DNA of 64,000 bases from positions 7,381 through 71,380 of the forward strand of contig CAVDMV010000004.1 in assembly GCA_963610315.1 (NCBI GenBank), given 5' to 3'. Shown in pieces: positions 17,979 through 28,987 of this stretch. The notes beneath the pieces are model-generated. The model saw only the letters and a program-made list of their open reading frames with translations, had not been told where the DNA came from and searched no databases. Made by a program: the position numbers and the translations under genes. Every line of letters starts with the position of its first letter. The first letter of the stretch is position 1. This stretch comes from Acutalibacteraceae bacterium (lineage in GTDB: Bacteria; Bacillota_I; Bacilli_A; RFN20; CAG-449).

Positions 17979-19964
17979 ATGGCAGAATTAGAAAAAGAAA
18001 CAGTTTCTTTTATCGCAGACGAAGATAAGGCAGACCAAAATTATACCGGAAAGAATATTCAAGTTCTTGAAGGTCTCGAAGCGGTTAGAAAAAGACCTGG
18101 TATGTACATCGGTACAACTTCAGAATCAGGCTTACATCACTGCGTATGGGAAATTGTTGATAACGCGATTGATGAAGCTCTCGCGGGATATTGTGATACA
18201 ATCCACGTAATTATTAATAAAGGCGATACAATCACAGTTACTGATAATGGTAGAGGTATTCCAGTTGATATTGTTAGTAAGACTGGTGTATCTGCGTTAG
18301 AGACAGTTTATACAAAACTCCATGCCGGCGGTAAATTTGGTGAAGGTGGAGGTTATAAAGTTTCTGGTGGTCTTCACGGTGTTGGTGCTTCAGTTGTTAA
18401 TGCACTTTCTGAATGGTTAACTGTTGAAGTCCATAAAGATGGAGGCATCTATCAAATTAGATTTGAAAATGGTGGTCATACAACAATTCCTTGTACTCGC
18501 GTAGGTGATTGTGATGATTCAGGAACTATTGTTACTTTTAAACCAGATGGAACAATCTTTAAAGAAACTACAGTCTTTAATTACAATACAATTAGAGACC
18601 GTATTAGACAAATGGCTTTCTTAAACAAAGGCGTTAGAATTATTGTTTCTGATGAAAGAGCAGATGAAGAAGAAAATAGAATTAAAGAAGAATTTTGTTA
18701 TAAAGGCGGCGTTAAAGAATACGTTGAATATTTAAACAAGACTAAAGTTGCAATGTCACCAGATGTCATTTATTGTGAAGGTAAAGATCAAGATGTCCAA
18801 GTTGAAATCGCAATGCAATATAATGATACTTATGTCGCGAATGTCTATTCATTCTGTAATAACATTAACACAGTTGACGGAGGAACTCATGAAGAAGGTT
18901 TCCGTTTAGCGTTAACTAGAGTTTTAAATAAATATGCAAGAGATAACAAATTCTTAAAAGATAATGATGATTCATTAACTCAAGATGACTGCCGTGAAGG
19001 TTTAACTGCAATTATCTCTATTAAACATAAAGATCCTCAATATGAAGGTCAAACAAAAGGTCGTTTAGGTAACTTCGAAGTTAGAAAGATTGTTTCTGAT
19101 GTCTTCGGTGCTTGCTTAGAAAGATTCTTAAATGAAAATCCAAAAGTTGCAAAACTTATTATGGAAAAAGTAATTCTTGCTTCAAATGCTAGACTCGCAG
19201 CCAAAGCTGCAAGAGAAAATACAAGAAGAAAAACAGGTTTAGAAATCACTTCTTTACCTGGTAAACTCGCGGACTGTTCTTCTAAAGTAGCAGAAGAATG
19301 TGAATTATATATCGTTGAAGGAGATTCTGCAGGTGGTAGCGCAAAACAAGGTCGTGATCGTAAGACTCAAGCAATTCTTCCTTTAAGAGGTAAAATTCTT
19401 AACGTAGAAAAAGCTCAAGCTAAGAGAATCTTCGCGAATGCAGAAATTGGTAACTTAATCACAGCCATCGGAGGAGGATTTGGAAATGACTTCGATGTAT
19501 CTAAAATTAGATATCATAAAGTTGTCATTATGACCGATGCTGATGTTGATGGTTCTCACATTAGAATCTTATTATTAACTTTCTTCTTTAGATTTATGAA
19601 ACCTTTAATTGAACAAGGTTATGTCTATATTGCTCAACCTCCTCTATATAAAGCTAGTAGAGGTCAAAAAGATTATTATTGCTATAACGATGAACAATTA
19701 GATGTCTTAAAGAAACAAATCGGTCCAGAAGCCGCGAAACGTTTATCCATCCAACGTTACAAAGGTCTTGGTGAAATGGACTTCCAACAACTTTGGGAAA
19801 CAACTATGGACCCAGCTAAACGTAAGATGATTAGAGTTAAACTTGATGATGCAATTCTTGCGGATCAAATCTTTGATGAATTAATGGGTGACCGCGTTGA
19901 ACCTAGAAGAGAATATATTGTCGAAAACGCGAAGTTTGTTAAGAACTTAGACTTACAAGCATAG
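17979..19964 (+). CDS. gyrB: DNA gyrase subunit B
   Basis: 661 aa. GHKL ATPase ([15 protein letters not shown]), Toprim [19 protein letters not shown]. Confidence 0.98.
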   Translation: MAELEKETVSFIADEDKADQNYTGKNIQVLEGLEAVRKRPGMYIGTTSESGLHHCVWEIVDNAIDEALAGYCDTIHVIINKGDTITVTDNGRGIPVDIVSKTGVSALETVYTKLHAGGKFGEGGGYKVSGGLHGVGASVVNALSEWLTVEVHKDGGIYQIRFENGGHTTIPCTRVGDCDDSGTIVTFKPDGTIFKETTVFNYNTIRDRIRQMAFLNKGVRIIVSDERADEEENRIKEEFCYKGGVKEYVEYLNKTKVAMSPDVIYCEGKDQDVQVEIAMQYNDTYVANVYSFCNNINTVDGGTHEEGFRLALTRVLNKYARDNKFLKDNDDSLTQDDCREGLTAIISIKHKDPQYEGQTKGRLGNFEVRKIVSDVFGACLERFLNENPKVAKLIMEKVILASNARLAAKAARENTRRKTGLEITSLPGKLADCSSKVAEECELYIVEGDSAGGSAKQGRDRKTQAILPLRGKILNVEKAQAKRIFANAEIGNLITAIGGGFGNDFDVSKIRYHKVVIMTDADVDGSHIRILLLTFFFRFMKPLIEQGYVYIAQPPLYKASRGQKDYYCYNDEQLDVLKKQIGPEAAKRLSIQRYKGLGEMDFQQLWETTMDPAKRKMIRVKLDDAILADQIFDELMGDRVEPRREYIVENAKFVKNLDLQA

Positions 19965-19976
19965 AAGGAGGTACAT

Positions 19977-22586
19977 ATGGCAGAAGAAAATAAATTAGAT
20001 GAAGAATTAAATGATGAAAATCTAGAAGAAAATGAAGATGAAACTCCTTCTACTGAGGAAGAAGAAACTATTGAAGGTATTGAAGAAGGTATCGTTCCTT
20101 CTTTAACTGAAAGAGATTTAACTAAAGAAGTTAAAAATGACTTTATTGAATATGCGATGTCAGTTATCGTATCTCGTGCTCTTCCTGATGTTCGTGATGG
20201 TTTAAAACCAGTTCATAGACGTATTGTTTATGGTATGAACGAACTCGGTAATGGTCCAGATAAGCCTCATAAGAAATCTGCACGTATCGTCGGTGACGTC
20301 ATGGGTCGTTTTCACCCTCATGGTGACTCTTCAATTTATGGTGCGTTAGTTCGTTTAGCTCAAAATTTCAATACTCGTTATCCTCTTGTTGATGGTCATG
20401 GTAACTTCGGTTCTATCGATGGTGATGGTGCCGCGGCGATGAGATATACCGAAGCAAGAATGAGTAAAATCGCGCTTGAAATGGTTAGAGATATTAAGAA
20501 AGATACAGTTGATTTTATTGATAACTACGATGGTGAAGAACAAGAACCTGTCGTTTTACCAAGTAGAATCCCTAACTTAATTGTCAATGGTTCAAGTGGT
20601 ATTGCAGTAGGTATGGCAACTAACATTCCTCCTCATAACCTCACTGAAGCAATTAATGCCGTTCAAGCCCTTATTAAAGATCCTAATTTAACTCCTAGTG
20701 ATATCATGAATAATTATTTATTCGGTCCTGATTTCCCTACCGGCGGAATTATCTTAGGTAGAAGCGGTATTAAAGATGCTTATGAAACAGGTACTGGTTC
20801 CATTACTATTAGATCAAAAGCACATATTGAAGAAATGGCTAATGGTAAGAATCGTATCGTTGTAAGTGAAATTCCTTATCAAGTAAATAAAGCGACAATG
20901 ATTGAAAATATTGGTCATTTAGTTCGTGATAAAGTAATTGATGGAATTACTGATATCCGTGATGAATCAAATAAAGAAGGTATCCGTATTGTTATTGAAT
21001 TAAGAAAAGATGTCGTTCCTGAAGTTATTCTTAATCAATTATACAAAAATACATCATTACAAACCGGCTTTGGCATTATCATGTTAGTCGTTGATAATGG
21101 TGAACCAAAAGTATTAAATATCAAAGAAATATTATCTAAATATCTCTCTTTCCAATGCGAAGTTATTGAAAGAAGAACGCGTTTCGATTTAGGTAAAGCT
21201 CAAGATAGATTACATATCTTAGAAGGCTTATTAAAAGCAATTGATAATATTGATGAAACAGTCAATATCATTAGATCTAGTAAGACTCAAGAAATTGCGA
21301 AGAGCCGTTTAATTGAAAGATTTAATTATTCTGACGCGCAAGTAAAAGCAATCTTAGATTTAAGACTTGCTCGTTTAGTCGGTTTAGAAAGAGATTCAAT
21401 TGTTGATGAAATTAATACATTAAAAGAATCTATTGCTTATTACAATTCATTATTAAGTGATCATACTTTAATTGAAGGTGTTGTTAATGATGAGCTTGAA
21501 GAAATCAAACAAAAATATGGTGATAAACGTAGAACAGAAATTTCTAATGCAGTAAGTTCAATCGATGATGAAGATTTAATTCCTGAAGAAGAAATTATTA
21601 TCACTCTCACCAAAAGCGGTTATATTAAACGTCAAGATCCAGATGCATTTAGAAGCCAACATAGAGGCGGAAAAGGCGTCAAAGGCATGTCAACACATGA
21701 CGATGACATGGTAGAAAAGATCGTTTATGCAAAAACTCATACTGACTTATTATTCTTTACTTCATTAGGTAAGGTATATCGTATTAGAGGTTATCAAGTA
21801 CCATTCTATTCTAAGAATTCTAAAGGATTACCAATCGTTAATTTATTAAGCTTAGAAGAAAATGAAAAAGTTAGATCAATTATTTCTCTTGATGAATATA
21901 AAGAAAACGAATATCTCTTCTTCGCAACTGTTAATGGTATTGTAAAAAGATGTGATGTAAAAGAATTTGAATCGATCCGTCAAAATGGTAAGAAAGCTAT
22001 TGAAATGAAAGAAGGAGATGAACTTCTCGATGTTAAATTAACAAATGGAGAAGCATTAGTTTCTATTTCTGCATCAAATGGCAAGATGGTTAAATTCAAT
22101 GAAAATGATGTTCGTGTCATGGGAAGATCCGCGAGTGGGGTCAAAGGTATCGATATTGAAGATGATGTTAAAGCTTTATCTTTAACTACATCATTAGAAG
22201 GTAACTTAGTCCTTGTTATCTCCGAAAAAGGTTATGGTAAATTATCTCCTCTTGATGACTATAGATTAACTTCTAGAGGATCAAAAGGTGTTATTACTAT
22301 GAACATGACTGAAAAGACTGGTAACTTAATCTCAACTAAGAGCGTCAATGGTGATGAAGATGTTATGATTATCACTAAAGGCGGAATGATTATTAGAACA
22401 TACTTAGGCGAAGTAAAAGTTGCAGGTAGAAATACTCAAGGTGTTAAGATTATTAACATCAAAGATAAAGAATCAGTTGTCTCATTAACAATTGTTCCTC
22501 ATGTTGAAGAAGTAAGTGAAGAAACTCCAGCTACTCAAAATGAAGAAAATGTTGTAGTTAATGAAGAGAACAAAGAAAATAATTAA
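19977..22586 (+). CDS. gyrA: DNA gyrase subunit A
   Basis: 869 aa. Catalytic region AAMRYTE, QRDR-like [10 protein letters not shown]-terminal beta-pinwheel repeats. Acidic N- and C-terminal tails. Confidence 0.98.
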   Translation: MAEENKLDEELNDENLEENEDETPSTEEEETIEGIEEGIVPSLTERDLTKEVKNDFIEYAMSVIVSRALPDVRDGLKPVHRRIVYGMNELGNGPDKPHKKSARIVGDVMGRFHPHGDSSIYGALVRLAQNFNTRYPLVDGHGNFGSIDGDGAAAMRYTEARMSKIALEMVRDIKKDTVDFIDNYDGEEQEPVVLPSRIPNLIVNGSSGIAVGMATNIPPHNLTEAINAVQALIKDPNLTPSDIMNNYLFGPDFPTGGIILGRSGIKDAYETGTGSITIRSKAHIEEMANGKNRIVVSEIPYQVNKATMIENIGHLVRDKVIDGITDIRDESNKEGIRIVIELRKDVVPEVILNQLYKNTSLQTGFGIIMLVVDNGEPKVLNIKEILSKYLSFQCEVIERRTRFDLGKAQDRLHILEGLLKAIDNIDETVNIIRSSKTQEIAKSRLIERFNYSDAQVKAILDLRLARLVGLERDSIVDEINTLKESIAYYNSLLSDHTLIEGVVNDELEEIKQKYGDKRRTEISNAVSSIDDEDLIPEEEIIITLTKSGYIKRQDPDAFRSQHRGGKGVKGMSTHDDDMVEKIVYAKTHTDLLFFTSLGKVYRIRGYQVPFYSKNSKGLPIVNLLSLEENEKVRSIISLDEYKENEYLFFATVNGIVKRCDVKEFESIRQNGKKAIEMKEGDELLDVKLTNGEALVSISASNGKMVKFNENDVRVMGRSASGVKGIDIEDDVKALSLTTSLEGNLVLVISEKGYGKLSPLDDYRLTSRGSKGVITMNMTEKTGNLISTKSVNGDEDVMIITKGGMIIRTYLGEVKVAGRNTQGVKIINIKDKESVVSLTIVPHVEEVSEETPATQNEENVVVNEENKENN

Positions 22587-22622
22587 TTTAATTGAATTTA
22601 AAAATTCATTGTAATATTATTT

Positions 22623-22846
22623 ATGTGTCCGATGAAAAGGAATATCAAATTAAGATAAATTGTAGAGAGTTATTGGTTGGTGAAAAATAACATTTAATTA
22701 ATTTAGTCCACCCTTGAGGATGAAGGTAATACTTCCGTACATCGCGTTAAGATGTTTAAAGAGACAATATGATATCATATTGTAAGATGGGTGGTAACAC
22801 GGGTAATTCGTCCCTTAGTATATTTTTATACTAGGGGATTTTTTAT
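22623..22846 (+). promoter_or_regulatory. T-box leader (Ser specifier) controlling serS
   Basis: AGAGAG box at 22664. Candidate specifier UCC followed by A at 22707-22710. T-box sequence AAGATGGGTGGTAACACGGG at 22785-22803. Terminator CCCTTAGTATA / TATACTAGGG plus T6 at 22812-22846. Confidence 0.85.
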
Positions 22847-22878
22847 TACAAAAAGGAAAGAAAGGGAAATATAAAACT

Positions 22879-24159
22879 ATGTTAGATATTAAATTTGTTA
22901 GAGAAAATCCAGAAATAGTTAAAGAAAACATTAGAAAAAAATTCCAAGATGAAAAACTTCCTTTAGTTGACGAAGCAATTGAATTAGATGCAAAAATTCG
23001 TGCTTTAAAACAACAAGGCGGCGATTTAAGAGCAGAACGTAATTCATCAAGCCAAAAGATTGGCCTTCTTATGAGAGAAAAGAAAATTGATGAAGCTAAT
23101 GCAATTAAAGCTAGAGTTGTTGAAATCAACAATCAATTAGTTGATATTGAAAAAGAAGAAGAAAATTTATCTCAAGAATTAAGAAAAAGAATGCTAGTCA
23201 TTCCAAATATCATTGATCCAAGTGTACCTATTGGTAAAGATGATTCCGAAAACGTTGAAGTTAAGAAATATATTCTTCCATGGGATAAAGGATTTGAAAT
23301 TCCTTATCACCTCGATATTCTTGAAAGAGTTCATGGTATTGATTTAGATGCCGCAAGAAAAGTCGCGGGTAATGGCTTCTATTATTTAACTGGTGATATC
23401 GCTCGTCTACATGAAGCGGTTATTGCTTATGCAAGAGACTTTATGATTAATAAAGGATTTACATATGTCATTCCTCCATTCATGATTAGAAGTAACGTCG
23501 TTACAGGTGTTATGTCTTTTGCAGAAATGGATCAAATGATGTATAAAATTGAAGGTGAAGATTTATATTTAATCGGTACATCTGAACACTCAATGATTGG
23601 TCGTTTTATTGATACAATCACTGATCAAGATAAATTACCTATTACTTTAACTTCATATTCTCCATGCTTTAGAAAAGAAAAAGGCGCGCATGGTATTGAA
23701 GAAAGAGGAATCTATCGTATTCACCAATTCGAAAAACAAGAAATGATCGTTGTTTGTGAACCAAAAGATTCAATGGATTGGTTTACTAAGATGTATGGCT
23801 ATACTGTTGAATTATTCTCATCTATGGGAATTCCAGTAAGAACATTAGAATGTTGTTCAGGTGATTTAGCTGATTTAAAAGTTAAATCATACGATGTTGA
23901 AGCTTGGTCTCCACGTCAAAAGAAATATTTTGAAGTTGGATCTTGTTCAAATTTAGGTGATGCACAAGCTAGAAGACTTGGTATTAGAATTAAAGGTGAA
24001 AATGGTAATTACTACGCGCATACTTTAAATAATACTGTTGTTGCACCTCCAAGAATGCTTATTGCAATTTTAGAAAACTTCCTCCATGAAGATGGTTCAA
24101 TTGATATTCCAGAAGTATTATGGCCATATATGGGTGGAACTAAAGTTATTAAACCATAA
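22879..24159 (+). CDS. serS: Seryl-tRNA synthetase
   Basis: 426 aa. N-terminal coiled-coil arm and class II motifs (FRKEKGAHG, TLNNTVVAPPRMLIAILEN). Confidence 0.97.
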   Translation: MLDIKFVRENPEIVKENIRKKFQDEKLPLVDEAIELDAKIRALKQQGGDLRAERNSSSQKIGLLMREKKIDEANAIKARVVEINNQLVDIEKEEENLSQELRKRMLVIPNIIDPSVPIGKDDSENVEVKKYILPWDKGFEIPYHLDILERVHGIDLDAARKVAGNGFYYLTGDIARLHEAVIAYARDFMINKGFTYVIPPFMIRSNVVTGVMSFAEMDQMMYKIEGEDLYLIGTSEHSMIGRFIDTITDQDKLPITLTSYSPCFRKEKGAHGIEERGIYRIHQFEKQEMIVVCEPKDSMDWFTKMYGYTVELFSSMGIPVRTLECCSGDLADLKVKSYDVEAWSPRQKKYFEVGSCSNLGDAQARRLGIRIKGENGNYYAHTLNNTVVAPPRMLIAILENFLHEDGSIDIPEVLWPYMGGTKVIKP

Positions 24160-24200
24160 AATGATGGCTTTTTAACGAAAAAACTAAATATTAAGTACTA

Positions 24201-24237
24201 AAAAGGTTGTTAGAAATTTTCTCTAACAACCTTTTTT
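24201..24237. terminator. Bidirectional terminator between serS and the convergent ABC permease gene
   Basis: 14-bp stem AAAAGGTTGTTAGA / TCTAACAACCTTTT with A/T runs on both sides. Confidence 0.8.
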
Positions 24238-24255
24238 GAAGTTTAAATAAATAAT

Positions 24256-26052
24256 TTATTCAACTGATTTTAATGATTCATTCATATCAACAGCTTTAAT
24301 CTTGTGCTTTGTTATTAATGTAACAATAACTACGAAGATAAAAGATATGAAGAAGGCTAAGAAATATGAAGTTATTTTAATATCTTGGATTCCTCCAAAA
24401 TCTAATAATGTAAAGACAAAATAGAGGAATAAGATTCCTAAAGGTATGCCAATTATAATTCCAATTATCGACATAACGAATATTTCTCGATAGATAAATC
24501 CATTTACTTCATGATTAAGATAACCTAGAACTTCTAAAGTTGCGATATCTCTTTTTCTTTCACCAATATTCATCGCGGTAATATTGTATAAAACAAGAAT
24601 GGATAAACTCATCGCGAAGATAATAATCGCCACCGCGATTAATTTAATTGCATCGGTATTTTCTAATTTAAAATCACCAACAGAAAATCCTTTACTAGAA
24701 ACATCATATAAGCCTAAACCAGCCATAACTAAGATAGTCGCGCCGGTGATGGAAATTACTATCATATATAGTCTACCTTTAAAACGGAAAACGTTTCTTA
24801 ATGTAGATTTATATTTAAAAGATAATTTATTCCATAAGAAAGATATTTTTTCTAATAATATTTTTTTACCTGGTTTTAAACTCTTTTGTAAAAATAATGA
24901 TGCAGGTATTTCTTTTACTTCGTTATAACTAACAATAAAGGTAATGACTAAGATACTTATAATCATCCCTAAAGTTGAGTATATACCTAAAGACATATTA
25001 ATTTTAGAAGTCATTGTTGGTAAGATAAAGACGGTTTCAAATGCTTTATATACCATTGGAGGTAAAATGATGACACCTGTAATAAGCCCGACAATAGATC
25101 CAATAAGTAAGCAGAATAAAGAAAATAAGATATATTTAAAAATAATTGATCTAGAAGAATAACCAAGAGATTTTAAACAACCGATATTTCTTCTTTCTTC
25201 CGTTAATAATCGAGAAATATTAGTAAAACATACTAGTGAAACTACTGCGATAAAGAATAAAGGAAATATTAAGGTAATAATATTAATTTTATCGGTTACT
25301 CCTTTAAGAGTTCCATATGATAATGTTTCATTTAAACTTAAAATAGAGGCAGAGTCTTTAGAAAAATCGTTTTCTAAAGAAGAAATATTTTTATCTACTG
25401 TATCTAAATAATTAGAAGCAAAATAAGAAGAAACGTTATTACATTTAACATAAATATCGGTATAACCAATCATATTAGAAAAAAGACAATATGAAGAAGA
25501 AAAATATACGATTGTTTCTAAATATTCTTCACTAATTTGATGAATATCACCTTGTAAAGATATAATCATTGGATTAGAAACAATTCCAGAAATAGTAAAT
25601 TCTTGATTGTAAATAAAAACTTTTTCACCAATATTTCTTTTTATAATTTTTGATGAACTTTGTTCGACTACTATCTCATTGTTATTAGATGGATAACTAC
25701 CTTCTAAAAGCGTTAATTTATTTATTGAAGAATCAAAGTCATAAATATAAAATCTTGTTGTTTCATTTTCAATATCAACCATTTTTAAGGTGTAATAATC
25801 GTTAATGAAATCATAATTATCTAATTTATTAATTTCTTCTTCACTAAAACCTGTTACGCTTTTTGATTTTAAGATAATATCTGGTACATTTTGTTTAACA
25901 TAATATTCATTAATTGAATCGTTTACTTTTGGAGTCATTCCTCCGAGTCCTGTAACAAAGCATATTCCAAGTGCGATAATTAATGTCATCGCGATAAATC
26001 GCGCGGCATTATTTTTAATCATTTTAAATAATTCTTTATAAAATGTTTTCAT
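24256..26052 (-). CDS. ABC transporter permease with two FtsX/MacB-type modules
   Basis: About 598 aa. N-terminal TM, ~220-aa extracytoplasmic domain, then two FtsX-like TM bundles (RRNIGCLKSLGYS and RDIATLEVLGY). Start set at ATG 26052 (TAATG overlap with the ATPase stop, GAGGAG RBS). Confidence 0.85.
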   Translation of the reverse strand: MKTFYKELFKMIKNNAARFIAMTLIIALGICFVTGLGGMTPKVNDSINEYYVKQNVPDIILKSKSVTGFSEEEINKLDNYDFINDYYTLKMVDIENETTRFYIYDFDSSINKLTLLEGSYPSNNNEIVVEQSSSKIIKRNIGEKVFIYNQEFTISGIVSNPMIISLQGDIHQISEEYLETIVYFSSSYCLFSNMIGYTDIYVKCNNVSSYFASNYLDTVDKNISSLENDFSKDSASILSLNETLSYGTLKGVTDKINIITLIFPLFFIAVVSLVCFTNISRLLTEERRNIGCLKSLGYSSRSIIFKYILFSLFCLLIGSIVGLITGVIILPPMVYKAFETVFILPTMTSKINMSLGIYSTLGMIISILVITFIVSYNEVKEIPASLFLQKSLKPGKKILLEKISFLWNKLSFKYKSTLRNVFRFKGRLYMIVISITGATILVMAGLGLYDVSSKGFSVGDFKLENTDAIKLIAVAIIIFAMSLSILVLYNITAMNIGERKRDIATLEVLGYLNHEVNGFIYREIFVMSIIGIIIGIPLGILFLYFVFTLLDFGGIQDIKITSYFLAFFISFIFVVIVTLITKHKIKAVDMNESLKSVE

Positions 26053-26753
26053 TACCAAGATATCTCCTCAACAGTTTTAGGATGATCGTTGAATTCTTCT
26101 TTTTCAATTGTTCCATTTTTAATATAAAGAACGTGATCAGCTAAATCTTTTATCGCAGCGTTATGGGTAACAATAATAATTGTTTTACCTTCTTTCTTTA
26201 CTAAATCCTTTAATAATTTTAATATTTGCTTACCTGTTTCTATATCAAGAGCTCCAGTAGGCTCATCACATAATAATAATTTTGGATTTTTGGCGATGGC
26301 ACGCGCGATTGATATTCTTTGTTGTTGACCTCCGGATAGCTGACTTGGAAAATTATCTTTTTTATCTTCTAGACCAACTAAGCGTAAACTTAAGTCGACA
26401 TCGAGGGCATCTTTACAAATTTCTGTTGCAAGCTCAATATTTTCTTTTGCGGTTAAATTAGCCATTAAATTATAAAATTGGAAAACGAAACCAACATCTT
26501 TTCTTCGATATAAAGTTAAATTCTTTTTATCTAATCCAAATAATGTAGTTCCATCAACTTCGAGATTTCCAGAAGTAATATAATCCATACCACCGATCAT
26601 ATTTAATAAAGTTGTTTTTCCAGCACCTGATGGACCGAGAATAACTACAAGTGTTCCTTTTTCTATTTTAAAATTAACATCTTTTAATGCTTCAGTAATA
26701 ACTCCATTAACATTAAATGTTTTACATAGATTTTTTGCTTCTATATATGCCAT
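26052..26753 (-). CDS. ABC transporter ATP-binding protein (MacB/LolD-like)
   Basis: Walker A GPSGAGKTT, signature LSGGQQQR, Walker B LLLCDEPTGALD, H-loop VTHN. Confidence 0.93.
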   Translation of the reverse strand: MAYIEAKNLCKTFNVNGVITEALKDVNFKIEKGTLVVILGPSGAGKTTLLNMIGGMDYITSGNLEVDGTTLFGLDKKNLTLYRRKDVGFVFQFYNLMANLTAKENIELATEICKDALDVDLSLRLVGLEDKKDNFPSQLSGGQQQRISIARAIAKNPKLLLCDEPTGALDIETGKQILKLLKDLVKKEGKTIIIVTHNAAIKDLADHVLYIKNGTIEKEEFNDHPKTVEEISW

Positions 26754-26901
26754 AACTGATCCCCCTACATAAATAAGTTATTAATTAATAACTTAATGTA
26801 TTTTACGGATTTATTATAACATGTGAAAAAAATTCATTAGTAAATAAAAGGTGTATTTTTGAAAAATAAGATTAATTGAACTAAAAAAATAAAAAACACC
26901 T

Positions 26902-26982
26902 CACATTTTAGCGAAAATCTCAACTTTAAGGTATAAAAACGCTTATTTTTATAAAATACCCAACATTTTAGCCGAAATCTCG
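26902..26982 (+). repeat. Two direct copies of (C/A)ACATTTTAGC(C)GAAA(A)TCTC spaced 60 bp apart
   Basis: CACATTTTAGCGAAAATCTCA at 26902 and AACATTTTAGCCGAAATCTCG at 26962. Non-coding, upstream of the alcohol dehydrogenase gene. Confidence 0.7.
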
Positions 26983-27075
26983 CATTATAGCTATATTTTA
27001 TTAATTTTTAAAAATATGCTTGACCTAAAGCTAACTTAAGGATTTAAGATTAAATTATATCAGGAGGAAAATTTA

Positions 27076-28248
27076 ATGAAAGGCAATTTTACATATTACA
27101 ATCCAACAAAATTAATATTTGGAAAAGAAGCATTAAATTCTTTAGGAGAAGAACTTAAACCTTATGGAAATAGAATCTTACTTGTTTATGGAGGAGGTTC
27201 GATTAAAAGAAATGGTATCTATGATAGTATTATTAAAATTTTAAATGATAATCATAAAGAAGTATTTGAAGATAATGGTGTTATGCCTAACCCAACTTAT
27301 GAAAAATTATTAGAAGGAATAAGGATCGCTCGTGAAAATAAAATTGATTTTATTCTAGCGGTAGGAGGAGGATCAGTAATTGATTATTCTAAAGCATTAT
27401 CTGCTTCTATTAATTTAGATAGTGATCCTTGGGAACATTATTTTGTTAAACAAGAAGAATGTGCTTGTAAAGCTATTCCAGTAGGATCTATTTTAACGAT
27501 GGTCGGTACTGGTTCAGAAATGAATGGAGGATCAGTTATTACTAACCCAACACAAAAATTAAAAATTGGTAAAGTATTTAATGCTAGTATGAATCCTAAA
27601 TTCTCCATTTTAAATCCTGAATTCACTTATTCAGTACCTCAATATCAAATGATTGCCGGAATTTATGATGCGTTTAATCATATATGTGAACAATATTTTT
27701 CTGATGGAGATGATTGTGCATCTGATTATATTATGGAAGGACTTATGAGAAGCTTAATTTCTTCCAGCCGAGTTGCAGTCAAAGATCCTTTAAATTATGA
27801 AGCAAGAAGTAATATTATGTGGGATGCAACTTGGGCATTAAATACATTAGTTGAAAAAGGTAAAACGACTGACTGGATGGTTCATATGATTGGTCAAGCT
27901 ATTGGCGCGGTAACTAATGCAACTCATGGTATGACTTTATCCGCGGTTTCAATCGCGTATTACAATTATGTTTTAAAATTTGGTATTCCTCAATTTAAGA
28001 AATTTGCACTTAATGTATGGAATGTTAATCCAAATAATAAGACTGATGAAGAAATCGCAAAAGAAGGTATTTCTAAGATGAAATCTTGGATGGAAGAAAT
28101 TGGATTAGTAATGGATGTAACTACTTTAGGAGTAACTAATGAGAATTTAGAAGATATTGTTAATGCAACGATAGTTTTTCCGGCCGGATTTACTTCATTA
28201 ACTAAAGATGATGTAAGAAATATCATTGTTAACTCAATGAAAAAATAA
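27076..28248 (+). CDS. Iron-containing (group III) alcohol dehydrogenase, butanol dehydrogenase/YqhD-like
   Basis: 390 aa with GGGSVIDYSKA and the His-rich metal site region (HMIGQAIGAVTNATHG). AGGAGG RBS. Confidence 0.9.
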   Translation: MKGNFTYYNPTKLIFGKEALNSLGEELKPYGNRILLVYGGGSIKRNGIYDSIIKILNDNHKEVFEDNGVMPNPTYEKLLEGIRIARENKIDFILAVGGGSVIDYSKALSASINLDSDPWEHYFVKQEECACKAIPVGSILTMVGTGSEMNGGSVITNPTQKLKIGKVFNASMNPKFSILNPEFTYSVPQYQMIAGIYDAFNHICEQYFSDGDDCASDYIMEGLMRSLISSSRVAVKDPLNYEARSNIMWDATWALNTLVEKGKTTDWMVHMIGQAIGAVTNATHGMTLSAVSIAYYNYVLKFGIPQFKKFALNVWNVNPNNKTDEEIAKEGISKMKSWMEEIGLVMDVTTLGVTNENLEDIVNATIVFPAGFTSLTKDDVRNIIVNSMKK

Positions 28249-28286
28249 TTCTTTACTAAATAAAAGATAATTTATATAATATTAAT

Positions 28287-28366
28287 GCCATTGCGATGCA
28301 ATGCGGTGAACCAGGTCAGGACCGGAAGGTAGCAGCCTTAAGCTTGCCTTGCATGTGCAATGGTTT
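28287..28366 (+). ncRNA. ffs: Signal recognition particle RNA (small 4.5S-type)
   Basis: Conserved domain IV core GGTGAACCAGGTCAGGACCGGAAGGTAGCAGCC. It is closed by the long helix CCATTGCGATGCAATGC / GCATGTGCAATGG. TATAAT at 28275-28280; T5 at the 3' end. Confidence 0.88.
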
Positions 28367-28375
28367 TTATTTTAT

Positions 28376-28834
28376 ATGACTAGAGAAGAAAAATTTATGT
28401 TAGAAGCTTTAAAAGAAGCTTCAAAAGCTTTATTAATTGATGAAGTACCTATTGGATGTGTCATTGTAAAAGATGATAAGATTATCGCGCGAGGTCATAA
28501 TTTAAGAGAAACAAAAAAGAATTCCTTGGCTCATGCGGAAATTGTCGCGATTAATAAAGCGTGTAAAAAATTAAATTCCTGGAGATTAATCGATTGCGAA
28601 ATATATGTTACTTTAGAACCTTGTTCTATGTGTGCAGGAGCGATTTATCAATCTCGTTTTAAAAATGTGATCTATGGGGCGAGTGAACCTAAGATGGGAG
28701 CCCTTGGTAGTTTATTTGATCTATATTCCTTACCTTTAAATCATTATCCTAATGTTACAAAAGGAATATTAAAAGAAGAATGTTCTTCTTTAATATCTAA
28801 TTATTTTAGAAATAAAAGAAATAAGAAATTTTAA
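28376..28834 (+). CDS. tadA: tRNA-specific adenosine deaminase
   Basis: CDA zinc motifs HAEIVAI and PCSMCAGA. N-terminus MTREEKFMLEALKEA is typical. The track start at 28349 lies inside the SRP RNA, so it was moved to ATG 28376. Confidence 0.92.
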   Translation: MTREEKFMLEALKEASKALLIDEVPIGCVIVKDDKIIARGHNLRETKKNSLAHAEIVAINKACKKLNSWRLIDCEIYVTLEPCSMCAGAIYQSRFKNVIYGASEPKMGALGSLFDLYSLPLNHYPNVTKGILKEECSSLISNYFRNKRNKKF

Positions 28835-28987
28835 ATAATTTACCTTACAATATTGCAAAGTTTATTTTTTTATATTTGCTATAATTAATTATAAAAAAGG
28901 TTATGAAACTTATGTTAGAGAGGTGCAATATGAATAATAAAATTACATTATATATTACTTGGAAGTATTTTAATAATTTAAGCAACT

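Noticed and set aside
22815-23132. 105-aa minus-strand ORF spanning the serS start and the T-box terminator
   Set aside because: It overlaps the T-box terminator and the 5' end of serS. It has no RBS and a hydrophobic, low-complexity translation.
28349-28375. Track start of tadA at 28349
   Set aside because: These codons lie inside the 3' helix and terminator of the SRP RNA. The family-typical N-terminus begins at ATG 28376.
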